A DNA stretch of 64,000 nucleotides from contig NC_045698.1 of the NCBI RefSeq assembly GCF_009834535.1, forward strand, positions 10,542,001-10,606,000. The letters are read 5' to 3'. The notes under the pieces are model-generated. The model was not told the origin of the DNA and did not search any database. It was given only the letters and a program-made list of their open reading frames with translations. Shown piece by piece: positions 48,701-63,564 of the stretch. This stretch comes from Camelus ferus. Taxonomy: Eukaryota. A program made the position numbers and the translations under genes. Each line of letters opens with the position of its first letter. Position 1 is the first letter of the stretch.

Positions 48701-51337
48701 GTGGAGAATGAGAAAGCAAAGAGCGGCCTGCTTTGACACAACCAGCTGCTCTGACCTGAGCTGGCCCAGAGAAGACCCCCGGGTTGGAAAGACCTCTCTG
48801 AATGGCCCAAACTCACTTCTCAGCATCTAAATAAAAGCAGCTTCATGCTCCCGTGGTATTAGATTGTGTGTGTCTACAAGGCACCGGTCCACACTGAGAA
48901 AGTCATGGCTGGTCTTTGCATAGTCCTTGGCCTGAGGCTTTCACAGAAATCCTGAGTGACTTGCAAGAGAAAAGGAACCTGTGTCGGGGGAAGGTTTCTT
49001 TGGTCGATGAAGTCCAAGGGGTGCCCCCCCATCACCCTGAAAAGTGGGAAGGAGAAGGGCCCCCCCCTCCCCAGCCCGTGCCGAAGAACCTGCCGGCGGT
49101 GGGGTTTGCTTTAGAAGTTAAGGTGTGTGCTTGTCAGGCCGGCGGGTTTTAGCAGCACAAGCCAACGAAGGAACTGTGTCAGGGGAGCGTGTACTTCAGG
49201 AAGAAAGGTCTTGGACACGGGCGTCCTGCAGAGTCACAGCTCCATCGTGGCGGTCTGGGTCTGGGCTTGCGGCCCGTGTTTTCCCAAACTAGCAAAATAC
49301 CATGGCCCACGAATCTTCACCCTGAAAGTGCTTCTGATGTCAGAATGCCCTCTTCTAGTTGCATAAGGAGCCTGGGGGGGTCTTTCCTCGATTTTGAGGG
49401 AAGGAATTTGCTTTTTCAATTTGCTCTTTAAGCTCCAACCCCACAAGCATGAAATACTAATCACACATGTTAAAAAATACTGCTGTTTAATTTTCTAGTC
49501 ATGTACTTTAAAAAAGCTGATACAATTAGATTTTTCCCCCATCCTCTCAGATCTGCCCCTGAAACACCCCAAAGTTATGCATCTTAATTTTCTGCATATA
49601 TATATATATGACAAATTGCTCACAGGAAGCACATGGGGATTTGTCCAGACATGTGAATGGACCCTGTGATGTTCATGGCTGACTCCAAGCCCTTACATTC
49701 TTTTTTTTCTATGAGGGACGATATGATTACACAGCACTGAAAGCAATAAATGCAAAAGGCTTGACTTTTTCCTTCTTTTTGCTCTTCTAGCATGTATGTC
49801 CATTCCCACGATAGTCTACACCACCTGACCCATTTAAACCCCTGTTACTCATAGTGAAAAATAGTTCTCTTGTCATTTACTGACCCTTACATTTATATAC
49901 AAATGACAGACTGTAAAACTGCTACAAACAAGATACAACATCCATGGATACAATACGTTTTCAACTGCAGGTACCTTGAGCACACGAGCAATCACCGTAT
50001 TGTATTAGAGACATTTTATTGAAAATGCGAAAATAGGAAATGTATTATAGCCTAAAATAAATTACATAACATATACAGTATATATTTATATCTTTAAAAT
50101 ATTTTTTTTTGTGTTTAGGTTCTTTCAGTCTAGGAATTTTGACTAAATCAAGAATTTAGTGAACTGTGTCCATAATTTTTTAAAGAAAAAAACCCGCTTT
50201 CCAAAACTTAGAAAAATAGACTGCACTAAATGGATTTCAAATGTATCATTTCAGGGAGTATCACATAGTGACTTTGCTGTGGTTTATAAAATGTCTTGCT
50301 TTCTCGTGTGGCGTAAAAGGGGAATACAGTACACTCGGAATTACCTGTACCGCATGGTGAGGACTAAGAATGGCAGGACCAGGTCATAAATCTACTTCCC
50401 AAGTGACGATTCGGCAACCTGGCATTAGAATGCTAGATTATGACTTAAAGCTTCAGTTCCCTTTAAAAACTAACATGTAAAAGTTAGAATGCTCCGTTTC
50501 ACTTGCTCTAGTGCCATCTTCAGGAAAGGTAAGTGAAAAGCAAGCCTTCTGGGAAAGTCATGCCCAAGGACGCTGCGATGGGGAGATGCGCTTTTGTGAC
50601 ACCTTGAACAAGGCAGCTCACGTATGTACATGGCGGTGCGGGAAAGTGCGCGCACACTCAAATCTAGGAAAAATGTGAGGTGAGACGCTATCATTTGCAT
50701 GTATCAGTTTGCTGCTCCCACGGCACCTCAAACCTTCCCATGGGAGATGATTTCCATCTGTCCGTCCGTCCAGTGTGTTCACAGATCCATTCCTGAGCAG
50801 GAACGGCCACTCTGGGCTGCAGCCTGGTGCTGCCCTCCACACGCGTGTCACAGACGGTTTGTGCCTCCACGGTGGGAGGTTGCTGGCTTACATCTCTTTG
50901 CACAGCCATGTTACTGGGAAGCCAATCAAAGAAAGCCGAGTTGTCACCTGTTGATTCTTAAGAGTGATGCAAGGGACAGGGTGAGTCTGTGGCCTGCTCG
51001 GCAGTGGTGGCCAAGGGGTGTGCCGTGGTCCTTTGGTTCCAAGTGGAGACTGTCCGAGGGAGGGGAGACAACGTAGACTACCAGGCAGCTATGTCTTTGG
51101 GGTTTTCACGAAGCGGGGGCATGAAGTCAATTGTTCTGTTTCCACAAAGCAGTGGCAAGCCCATTCTGCAGGCCCCCACATCAGCGTGAGCATACCCAGT
51201 ATGCCAGCGTGTCCGTGAAACCTTTGAATCAAGGCCTCTTGCTTTACCAAAACAAAAAACCAAAAACAAAACCGGAAAAAAACACGACAGGAGAGCAGAT
51301 GACGCCGAAGTGTCACCTTAGCTGTCCCTGCAGCGCC
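45750..51337 (-). other. ANKH: ANKH 3' UTR (extent approximate), with candidate poly(A) signals
   Basis: Apparently repeat-poor sequence downstream of the stop. - strand AATAAA at 50015-50020, 48224-48229 and 45979-45984, and ATTAAA at 45773-45778. Pumilio-type TGTATATA (- strand) at 49894-49901. Confidence 0.55.
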
Positions 51338-51448
<111 letters not shown>

Positions 51449-51790
51449 CTAGACCAGAGAAGACTCATCAGCGTGGGGCTGGGACAGGGGCACGTTGCAG
51501 CAGAGCCAAGAGCAGGGAGAGGCCACAGGGTCTCAGGGGACCCCTTGTTTATGGTTGGGGTGACCTTGCTGATGCTGCATCTCAGTCAGCTCTTCCTTTC
51601 GGTGGGGTTACCTGGCTGTCGGCCATGCTTGGACTGGGAGAGGCACTCAGGGATCCCGTCTCCCACTTCCGGGCTGTCAGCTGATGGAGGCCTACCTCTG
51701 CCCAACCACGGCACTTCCCTGCAGTCCCTCCCGATGGTGGCTCTGCCCTCCCCTCCCCTCCTCCTCCTCAGGTGCAGACATGACTCCTTA

Positions 51791-51961
<171 letters not shown>

Positions 51962-52521
51962 TTAAAGCCGTGCTGAGGCATAGTCAAGTCAAAACCCAGC
52001 TGAAACTCAGGAAAGGGGTGGACAACAGGGGGACGGGACAATTGCATTAGAGATCTGATGATGAGGGCTGCACCTGAGAAACGGTCCACCTGAGTGCGGG
52101 GGGGGGGGGCCTGGAACTCCGAGCCCAGCCAACTCCCACCCCAGCTCCAGGCCTCAGCTCAGCACTGCTGGGGGGCAGGGGAGGTGGGCTTGTCCCCCGG
52201 CTCGTGGGCCCAAAGCATCTTGCCCCTCCTCTCCGTGTAGTGAGGTTTTCCTAGTTGTGGGGCTGACTATGCCCCTTCCTAGGAGACCGGAGCCCCTGAG
52301 GACAAAGGCGGCACCTTTGCTCCCTTGTGTTTGTCCCTTCCGGTTCTGCCACACCGTGGTAGATGCTCAGTGAACACTGTGTGGGAGCCGGACGAGAAAG
52401 TACTCTTCTGGAATGGATCTCAGCAGCCTCCCCCCCGGTGCCCAGGCAGAGAAGCAAGGTATCACTCTGCATTTCTAAGCTGGGGACATGCTTGGGGAGT
52501 TCAGGGGAAAAAGCAGATTTA

Positions 52522-52917
<396 letters not shown>

Positions 52918-53538
52918 TTACTGGGGGGGGGCTTCTGATGCCACCTCTGGGCCTGGGGGAGGCCTGTCCCCACCTCGGCTCCCCCATCATAGCCCTTTGT
53001 GTCCAGACAGCAGGTTGAGGGCCACTCCCCACCATGACCACCATCTCCCAGTGGGGGTGGGGAGAGGGGAGAGCTGCTACTCTGGCCACCCCCACCTCGG
53101 CCCAGCCTCAAGCGCTGATCCCGCCTGTCTAGAAAACTTAGAGAAAAGCGGTAACTTGATTGTGGTCCATTTTGATTCTGGGAGTTGAGAAGCTGGACCA
53201 GAAGCCAGGTCTTTCTGGCCCACAGGCTGGGGGAGGTGTGGAGGGGAGAGGCGTGGGGGCAGAAAAGGGGCCTGTCTCACTTCCCTGTCTCCTCCTCCGC
53301 CTCCTGACCACTGGTCTACGGCCACCTCGCCCATTTTGGTATTTCATAAAGACTTGCAGAGTGCTCTGTATCCCCCATCTCCCCATCCTGACGTGTGAGC
53401 TTGGGGAGGCCAGGCAGGGCACAGGCCAGCACTGAGGCGGGGCTCAGTGGCTGGTGTGTGAAGTACTAAATGGCTGGTTTGGGGGCACAGACACCCTTGG
53501 CAAATGTTTAGGTTTGATCTAAACTTGGAAGGGGTTTA

Positions 53539-53919
<381 letters not shown>

Positions 53920-54229
53920 TTACTAGGAAAGGCATACATGCGTGAAATGAGACAGTCAGGTAGTACGTGACCCCTGAGGAGCTGGGCCGATGCGGGGCTG
54001 GCACCCCAGTCCTTGAGCTGCCACCACTTGCTCTGTTCTTACCTGACAACACAGGCACTGGCCCATTCGCCACACCTGCCCAGGAGGGAGCCCAGCAGAT
54101 GGGCAGGCGTCCAAGTGGGTAATCGGGCCAGTGTGGAAGGCTTACCTAGGCTGTTGGACAGCTCAGTTAGTTCAGGGTGAACGCGTGTATTAATGTAGTT
54201 TTTACAACTTTAACCAAAAAATAAAAAGT

Positions 54230-56330
54230 GACCTGAAAGCATCTGGATGCTTGCAGAACTGCACTGAATCAGCACACCTACTGAAAGAAGGAAATGATAA
54301 CATCTGGATAAATGAAAGGCCTGGAAGCTTTTCAAGGTCTAGTTAAGAGAAGAAGAGACAAAAGCCACAAAATTTGGAACTTGGGAAAGCAGATGGGTAA
54401 ACCAGTTTAACAAACTCAAGAAACTAGAATCCTAAACTGACAGGGGAAAGTGGAGCTGTCTCCTGCCCTTCCCTTCCCCACCATCAGAGAACGTGGCCAC
54501 AGGTCCTTCTAGAAGTGGGGGTGAAGGCAGGCTGTGGAAAGTCTAGTTAGTAAGCCGCTCGTCCACAGTTCCCCTTGCACAGCTGGTGGCTGTGCCTCCC
54601 CGAACTTACTGGAGTTTAGTCTCTGAATAAAGTAAAACCAGCATGGTTGAGGGCAGAATTACTGCACAGGAAACAGAGGGATTAAGGGAAGGATGACATG
54701 TCGAATGTTTGGTCTTCTTCCTCTATTCAGCTCCAGAACACGGGAAGGCAGTTGAGTCCCCTGACAGGCAGGAAACCCAGAGTGATGGCTGAGGAACCTG
54801 ACCCACCAAGAGAGAAGACCCCAAGTTCCTAAAAACTGGAGGCTCCTGACAAAGCAGCCCCACCAGCCCAGCCATCAGTGAGGCCCACACAGGGATATAA
54901 ACCTCACCCACATGTGCACAGCTGCCAGCTGGCTTCTAGTGCCCCGCCTATAAAAACGAGGAGACAACCAGGGATCACCAGGCTTTGAGGAAGAACTCTA
55001 ATATGAAGAGGCTAAAACAAAGAGGGAAGAAAACCCCAGAGGAAACAGACAACGACAAGAGACAGAGTGGGAGGGAGGGGAAGGGAGAGGAAAGGAGAGA
55101 AAGAGGAGGAAAACCTTTGCCCAGTGATAGTCTCAGTGACGAGAGAAGACACTACCCGTGAAACAGGAACTGAATGGAAGTGTTACAAAAAGGACATTTC
55201 AAAGAACAGGAAAGAAGTTCTGGGAATTAAAAAACAATTAAGGCAGAAATGAAAAATTCACTAAATGACAGGTAAAGTTGAGGAAGTCTACAACAAAGAT
55301 AAGGCAGAATACAAAGACATGGGACGTATGCAAGAAGGGATTTTAAAAATATAAATAAAGGACCCATCTAAGAGGTTCAGCATCAAATAACAGGAGTTCC
55401 AGACTGACAGTCTGAGAGCTGAAAGATGCAAATTTCAAGTCCGAAAAGGGTCCATGATGTGGACATAGCACAGTGGATGAAAAAAGACCCACTGGGCATG
55501 GCACGGGACAATCCTGGGGCAGAAACCAGATCCTCAGAGCTTCCTGCTTTAGACAGCTAGGGAGCTAGCACTGAGAGTTAGGAGATACGGGGCAATAAAT
55601 TAGAAGGGAAAATGACTTCTTCGTAGAACTTGAAACCAAACCATCAGTCAAGTATGTTTAGAAGAAAGACATTTACAGATGTTCAAGGCCTCAAAAAATT
55701 TACCCCTCCACGCACACTTTTTCAAGAAGCTCTTGTAGGGTACAGTCTGCCAAAAGCAAAGGAGTCGTAGATGAAGAAAAAGAAAGATGCAGGGTTGATC
55801 ACAATAAAAAAACAAAAAAGGCACAGGAATCCCTGGGGTGGGGGTAAGGAGAGACCCCAGGAAGGCAAGACAAGGCCCACAGGTCAGAGCTGGTCAGCAC
55901 TAGAGCTGGTCGGAAGAGCCTTGGAGATGCTTCTTTGAGAGCATGAAACAGACAGGAAGCAAAATGTGTGTGAACACAGGAAAGGGGGTTTCGGGAACTA
56001 AGGGAAAAGGTAGGAATAAATGAGTGGTAAGTAATTACCATTTAGCTTTTAGAAAGCTAAGAAAAATTATAGCTAAGACAATGATTAAGTTCAGGGAAAA
56101 CTAACTTTTTTTAAAAGAAAGGATGGGAATCAGACTTAGGTGTCAGAGTTTATCATAGTCAGAATCCACCGAGAGATCTGAAGATCCCGGAGTAGAAGCG
56201 GGGAGGGGAGGTGGGGAGAGCAGCTATTGTGGGGAGCAGTAAGGCCGACTCTGAGCTCCGTGGGTGTATAAAAAACTGAATTTAGAAATGTAATAATATA
56301 ACTTTGTAAGAGAATGTTGTTAGAAGATGC
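54230..56330 (+). mobile_element. HAL1 / ancient L1 ORF1-derived element
   Basis: A-rich ORF1-like text ('aataacaggagttccaga', 'aaaaaatttacccctccacgcacactttttcaagaagctc', 'ggaatccctggggtggggtaaggagagaccccagg') resembles HAL1. Boundaries approximate. Confidence 0.65.
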
Positions 56331-58484
56331 CAGTTCCATAAAACTTTTCTCTCCCTTTCTTACCATGCACATGATTCTTCTCTAAAATGAGAGTGAATAC
56401 ATTATAAAATGAATTGCAGTCGTGTGAAAACAGAACACTGAAATCTTACAATACAACATCCTTTAGGCTTTGGGTAAATTAAATTTCATGGAATTAAGCT
56501 AGTCCTACTTACTATTGTGTTGAAATACATTAAAAAAAATAACTTGGAGGACCTATTATAAATGTTTCACTTTATAAACGCAATGGAATCTTATTCTAGC
56601 ATATATTTTTCAGCATCTGGGAAGGATATCCCATTTTGGTTTTCAGAAATGACAGATGTACTATCATTTAACCCTATTGCCTGCTGCCAGGACTTATGCC
56701 CCATCTCTGACATGTACGGAAAAACACTTCTTTAGATGTAGCAACTTGGAGCTCAGGGGCTTTATTACTGAGTGGCCTGGACAAGTGGCCCTGTCCTCTT
56801 TTCTCACCACAGAGCTGCCAGCCTGGAATGGTGAGACATTGCTCATGCCTCCAGCCCAGGGATGGCGGCAACTTCCTGTCACAACTTCACAATGCCACCG
56901 AGCACTGCACAGGGACACAGTTCACTTTCTTGACAACTAGATCCATCAGCCCTCCTTCCATATATTTTCCATAGCGGTAAAGCTGTAAAGAAGTAAGATA
57001 AGTGAGCACCGCCCCAATGCTGGACTCGATTGTGCATTAGGACCAATAGAGGATAAGCTATCCTGGGTTTCCTTAATGGTCAGAGCAGAATCTAGGCCAA
57101 ATTCTGTTTAAAAAAAAAAAACAACCTCCAAAACCCCCCAAACAAACTTAGGCTTCCAGGAAAATCACTGGCATTCCTTACTCAGCTTGTAGCCAGTGAT
57201 CATCTGAACAAGAGAGAATGCCTCCTGCTGCAATCTCAGTGCTTTGCAAAATCACTGGAAAGTGGCTTTTAGATGGCAACAAAGCAAGGAAAAAGGAGGG
57301 TGTCGTTGCGCGTCGGAGAGGAAGGTGCAAGCAAGGGTAACTCGTCCCCCTGCTTCTCCGCATGGATAAAGTTCCGCTGGAGGCTTTTCACTGTCTGGAG
57401 GAGAGGATCGGTAAGCTTCGGAGGAAGGAGTCCACCCTGACGACACAGGATAGTGAGACGTGTAAAAACCCCAAATCATGTGAGACATTTACATTAATAT
57501 CAAGTAATCTGGGTGGGTGACGGCAGTTCTGGTCCCTTGGAAGCTAAACGGCGAGGTGCGGTGGATCTCCAGTAGGCCTTCCCAGGAAGGTGGCTCCGAA
57601 ACATCATTCTAAAACCCCACAGTATGCTTTGTCTTGGCACCACTAAACCACTCTGTTCTCTATCCGGCATCTATCTGTGCCAGGCACACCCGACATGCCT
57701 CCATCAAGGCGACATGCCACCGAGGTTCTTCCTCAGTTCTCAGCCCCACACCTAGCACCTAGATGGAGTCTTTCTAGGACAACATAACTGAACGCCCTCA
57801 CTCCGGTCCGGGGCTTCAGCAATCACAGGTAACTATTTAAAGGGAGGTGACATCGCCTGTATCGAAGCTTCCTTTCTTTTTCTCCCTGAAGTCTCTGAAT
57901 TTGAACCTTTGCCTTTGCTGTGCTTCCAGTCTGAAAATGCTCCTTGCCTTCCAGAAAGTTCTCAAAAAACAAAACAAAACAAAAGACTATTTCCTGCATT
58001 GCCCAGAAAGGAATACTGGCAACTCAGAAGCAGCTATGGTGTTGATTAAAAGATGCAACACCTGTCTGCAGGTCCGCTTTCTCTAAGAAGCATGCTGAGC
58101 CCAAGCATAATCATCAGATTTAACCAGTCCATTTCAGAAAGCAAGAAGCTCTAGAAGTTAACCTCACAAAGGATATTTCAGGAAAAGTATCACTCTGCCG
58201 AGTTCACCCAGAGTAGTTTTGACTCAGAACATGCCCTCCCCGTTGACCAGGACATGCTGTGTTCTTCAAATATTTGCAGAGAGCTAATGACATTGACTTT
58301 TCCAAACCAGAACACAAACCTAATAAACTACCGACAGTAAACATGATTTGTTCCTTGGAGTAGCCGCCGGGTTAGGTTTTCTGCTGCAGAGTTTGCTGTC
58401 AACATTATCTCATTAGGAAGCAGCCAGCAAAACAGAACAACCCACTCAGTGCCCAGATCTTGGTTTTTCTATTTACTCTGCAAT

Positions 58485-59414
58485 AAAGGAACCAGGGCTC
58501 CTTGGAGACATGGTTGATTCTAGGACTAGGGTGGGAAATATACAAGATGATCAGCTTGGAATAATATATTCAAGGGCACAGGAGCCCAGAAGAAAGAGCT
58601 CCTAATGGTAAATCTGGAAGAATGTGAGCAAGAAAATAAATGATTTCGTATTGAGTTAGGACACACAGCACACAATAAATACCCATGAGTCCACACCGAT
58701 ACAAATAAACAAATAGGAACACATCCCCAGCACAGAATTCCAAGTGATTTATGTAGCTACTCGCCTCTCAGGGAGGAGGGGCATACCTCCCCACCCCTGA
58801 AGTGTGGGTTCACCATAGTGACTTCCTTCCAAAGAGAGGACAGGATGGAAAGGGGGGAAAGGAACTCCACAGTGAGAAATCTGGCAACTGGGATCTTGGC
58901 CAGGTCAACCTCATCAGTGATGTCACGTTGATAGCATGTTCTCTTGATAAGACATGATGACAATGGTACTCTACCTATGTGGTCTCTCTCCCGACAGTCC
59001 ATAAGCCCAGTCTCACCATGAGAAAAACCCCAGACAAGCCCAAACTGAGGGACATTCTACATAATACCTGAGCAGTAGTCCTTGAAACCGACAAGGCCAC
59101 AAAAACAAGCAAAATATGAGAAACTCTCACAGATCAGAAAAGGTTAAGACAAAGTGACGGGCTTTAACATGGTAACGTGGATGGGAAGCCTAGGACAGGA
59201 AAAGGACAGGAGGGAGAAGCTAGTGAACTCTGAATAAACTGTGGAGTTTGATTCGTAATAACGTACTGGGGTTGATTCCTTAGCTGTGATGAATGTACCA
59301 CAGCAGAGTAAGACAGAGTAGGGGGTGAGGGGTGTGTGGGGACTCTGGGCTAGCTTCACAGTGCTTCTGTAAGTCTAAAAATAATACTCAAAAAAAAAAA
59401 AAAAAAAAAAAAAA
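58485..59414 (+). mobile_element. L1MC-type 3' UTR ending in a ~25-nt A run
   Basis: 'ggaaccagggctccttggagacatggttgattctagg', 'catagtgacttccttccaaagag', 'tgaggggacattctac'-like and 'gtgaactctgaataaactgtggagtt' motifs, then poly(A) at 59390-59414. Confidence 0.8.
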
Positions 59415-60913
59415 GGAAAACTCTCAAACGAAAAGTACATATATATAAAAGAAGACCCATAACCTACTCTTTTATGTGACAGACTGTGATTCCTTTTCTG
59501 AGGACCTGGCACTGACCATGACATTTTTACTTTGAATTTTGAAATACTTCTTTTTATTTCAAGATATATTCATCTCTAGTGAAATGTACGCCACTCCAGA
59601 CAAACCTTCTGTCTTCATGACCATTGGCTTCTCCTTTTTAAAACTGGATTAGCCTCTGTAGAAACTAACCAAAGGGCTGCAGCTCTTTTATTCACAACCT
59701 TGTCATGAAGTTTCTGGTCAGCACCTGTGTCACGATCACATTTCTAACAACGGTCCCGTTGGGCAGATCGATGAGGAATTTAACGTCTTCCTTAGAGGCA
59801 ATCTGTTAAGAGGCTTTGGCTGTATGTAACTGCGCAGTGTAGGGGCAGTATCTAACCTTTCATTTTGAAATCCATGTAATAGCTACATTCTGACAAAGTT
59901 TTACCATAAATTAAGATTCCCAAATCGGATTAGTGTGCAGAAAGGATGAAGGGAGCCCCAAACCTTACAGAAATGACACTTCTGGGTCTAAGATGCCACA
60001 GTCGGAGTCAGTGTGACTGGAACCACATAAGGAGCATCCTTTCCAAGACTCTTCTCATTCAGAGTCGGACCCTGACTTATCCTGGGACTGAGTCTCTTTC
60101 CCAAGAACTGACGATTGAGATCCAAAGAAGCTCATGTCTCTGTCAGCATCCGAGCTCAGAGAACATACAAACCCAGCCACAGGGGCACAGCCATTTCTGC
60201 ACGTCCTGAGAGGATTCCCTTCCACAAAGGAAACACTGCCAAGAGCTCATGTTTTACCTTAATTTCCAGAAGCTGTTGACTACGCTTTTGAGAAAGTCAC
60301 AAAGCTGCCTCCATGACCCTGAATAATCAGGATTAAAACTAAATTCTCCTCCCCTGCAGTGAGATCTGAAATACATGCAGCTGTTTTGAATTAAAACAGT
60401 TGGCCCTGGGTATCATTTTTATTTGGTGTTTTTACTTAGAAGGGTTCAACTTATGTTTAATTGGGTTGAAGTCTCCCCTGGGTAAACCAGTGGTTAACCC
60501 TCAACAATGCCGCATACAAAGAGGTGGTTACGAGCTTGGCTCTGGGCGGTGTGCTTGGGGAGGAAGTTGATCTGCATTCCGGTGCCAGCTCCTTAGTGCA
60601 CCTCGGATCACCAGACCGCCAGCACGACTGCAGCCCCAGGCTGAGGAGCCAGGATCTGCACAAAATGCTGCTGCCAGCGCCAGGCACAGTGCAGGGGATC
60701 AATCTTAACTATTGTCATAATAAAAGGCTTCCTGGGACCAGAATCAATGCCGGCCGTGGGGTCATCCGCAGGTGGTGAGATCAGGACTGACCTTACTGTC
60801 CTCTCCATACTCTTCCCTGTTTGGCACAAGGCACATGTTGTCTTTTTTCTTGATCAGAAAACATTTTAGAGTAAAAAGGACCTCAATCTGTCTTCACTGA
60901 TAAAGTCAATCTT

Positions 60914-61221
60914 CTCCTTTAAAAATTTTTTTCAATTATTTTTTTTTTGAGCATTTAAAATAATTTCACATGGGGCAGGATATAGCTCACACATGGCAGA
61001 GTATGCGCTTAGCACACACGAGGTCCTGGGTTCAATCCCCTGTACCGCTGTTTTTAAAAAAAGGATATATAAAACAATTTCACGTTTTAATTTTTAAAAA
61101 AATTTGGGGGGAGGTAATTAGGCTTCTATTTATTTTTGATGGTGGTACCAGGGACTGCACCTAGGACCACTGCACACGCTAGGCACACACTCTACCACTA
61201 AGCTACACCCTCCCCCCAGCA
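60914..61221 (-). mobile_element. Vic-1-like tRNA-derived SINE (host of a nested copy)
   Basis: Head at ~61143-61217 on the - strand. Perfect 15-bp TSD gataaagtcaatctt at 60899-60913 and 61222-61236. Confidence 0.88.
60971..61070 (+). mobile_element. Vic-1-like SINE nested in the tail of the opposite-strand copy
   Basis: 'ggggcaggatatagctca...gcttagcacacacgaggtcctgggttcaatcccctgtacc'. TSD aaaa[t/c]aatttcac at 60957-60969 and 61071-61083. Confidence 0.87.
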
Positions 61222-61569
61222 GATAAAGTCAATCTTTACGCGTACTTATGATGGACAGGAGCAGTCTTGTTTCAGAGGGAGGGGTGGCTTTCAGAGGGGG
61301 GCCGATGGCCTGTGTCTCGCAGCCAGTGTCTTGGACACCACACCCAGTGTCACTCCAGGCAGAAGGCACACGGATCTGATTTACTGGGGGGTGGGGTGGG
61401 TGGGGGGGGCAAAACCAGGCAGGACACTATCATACACACACACCTATCTTGCTTGAGCTTTCAGAGAGAGTTGACCTGGACCCGGGAAATATCATCTGCC
61501 TTTTGATTCCTTGTACTGAATCACGTTAGTTGTACACATGTGGTGGGGGTGCGGGCGGGGGTGGGGTAG

Positions 61570-61890
61570 TTCATAGCGGGTTTTGCGGGTCATGGTCATG
61601 ACTCTGGGAACCATGGGAGTCCTGAGTGGAGGGTGATGTGATGCGATTGCTATCCTGACAGGCTCTCCCAGTGCTCTGTGAGAACAGACTGTGGGGGGAG
61701 TGGGTGGCAGGGGAGGGCAGAAGCAGGGAGGAGCCCTGTCGGGGGAGGGGGAGGGAGTGGGGATGGGGGTGCTGCTGTAACAATCCAGGTGAGAGATGGC
61801 CAAGGCTGGAGGTGTTTAAGTCAGTGCTAACAGGATGTGCTGAGGGGCCCACCTGCAGCATGAGACAGTATGATGTGATCTGACTGAGTG
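61570..61890 (-). mobile_element. L2 fragment
   Basis: 'ctctgggaaccatgggagtcctgag', 'gctgctgtaacaatccaggtgagagatggcc'. Confidence 0.65.
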
Positions 61891-63094
61891 AGCCCTTCTC
61901 TTCCTTCAGGCTGGAGGCTGAAGGTTCCACACAGGGGAGGGTCCTTCTGGCCTGTCCTCTCCACAGCTGCTCACTGTCCCTTGCCGGCTGCCACCTGAAC
62001 CATATGGGTCACTTCTAACAGCTCTCCTAAGGGTGACAGTGAGTTCCTACGAAGTCACCCATCCCCAACGGAATGACAGCATTTCATCAGGACTGACTCT
62101 CAGAGCCAGGGTGAGTCCCAACTTTGAAGAGAAAAAAAAAAGGGCTGTTTAATATTATTAGAGTGGAAAGACCTCAAGTAGACCATGTGTGAAAAGGCCA
62201 GTGAACCCAATTTCTAGGGATCAGCCTTCAACGGGGTGATGGGAACAAGCCTGTGGTAATCTCCAGAGGGAACGAGGCTGCCGTCCCGCAGAGCTGCTGC
62301 TCCGGGGACCACTGACCCATCCTCTAAGGGGGGAGCTGGGTGAATAGTCACGTGGGTGTGGAAATGAAGGGACAGCACGCGAAGGGGCGTCGGAGAGGAA
62401 CACGTCTGTGTAGGGCAGTCACAGGTAGGGTAATGCGTATTACAATATATACAGTGATGAGATACATACAAAGGGGGACTTTTTATGTAAGGTCAGGCTA
62501 GAAAAAATTTTAGTAGGCTGAAACAGATGGGGTAAAAGACATGTATTGCTGAGAGGTCCAGAGCTCCGTTCTCGCTGGGCAAAGCATGTTAGTGTTTATG
62601 GAGCATCTAGCTTTCTCAGTGTGGCTGCTGATGGTTACAACATTACACATCTATCTGGAATACTTTCACAGAGGGGCTGATGCAGCCATCAACAGTTACA
62701 GCACATTCACCGTAAAATAGCAACCTTTTCGGATGCAGTTTTTAAAGCCAGTTAAAGAAGATGAAAGCTCAATCATCCCTGTTATCATTTAGGTTTAAGG
62801 AAATTGCCATATATACACCTCCTAAGAGCAGTTGGTACGTCTTTCAGATGTAAGATGACTAAATTCTTAGTAAGAAACAAAGGATCGATTGAAAGAAACA
62901 ATACAGTTCAACAGCAGGGGGCGCCATGCACCCAGTCTGCAGATCGCGCTCCAGATGCTCGCTTCTGCCCACTCCATCTACCTGCAGAATGTTAATTCTT
63001 TACTTACCTGGCTTGAAGACTATTTAGAAAGTTCCAGCCTTAGCTTATGTTTCGCCTTAACTTTTGTTTTGACTGTTAACAGTCAAACTGGAAC

Positions 63095-63305
63095 TTCCTG
63101 GAGGCTGGGGGCAGGGGTGGGGGCATGGGGAGTTATTGTTTCATGGGTGTAGAGTTTCAGTTTTGCAAGATGAGTTCTGTGGATGGGCGGTGGTGTTGGG
63201 AGTGCCATACTGTGAATGCACTGAACTGTACACTTAAAAATGGTTAAGGGGCTGAGCTACATGGGCGGTGTATTTTACCCCAATTTTTTAAAAATTAAAA
63301 AAAAA
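63095..63305 (+). mobile_element. L1MB-type 3' terminus
   Basis: 'ggggagttattgtttcatgggtgtagagtttcagttttgcaagatga...actgaactgtacacttaaaaatggttaag' followed by an A-rich end. Confidence 0.85.
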
Positions 63306-63564
63306 TTAGAACCTGCTTATAATGACACATTATGCTCGTTCATTTGTTAATTGTTCTAAGAATGCACATGTGGATTTGTGCTGTCACTCCTTTAGGAGGG
63401 GGATCTTAGAGATCTGGGGACTAGTCTTAATTGTTTTCATCTTCCCCCCCAAAAAACAATCAACCTCTCAAATCCACAACGTAGGGTGACTTAAAAGCAA
63501 ATGCTGGACTGTTGGAGTTTGGGAGAGAAGTGTGAAGGGAGGGCGGAGGTTCAGTGGGAAGGAA

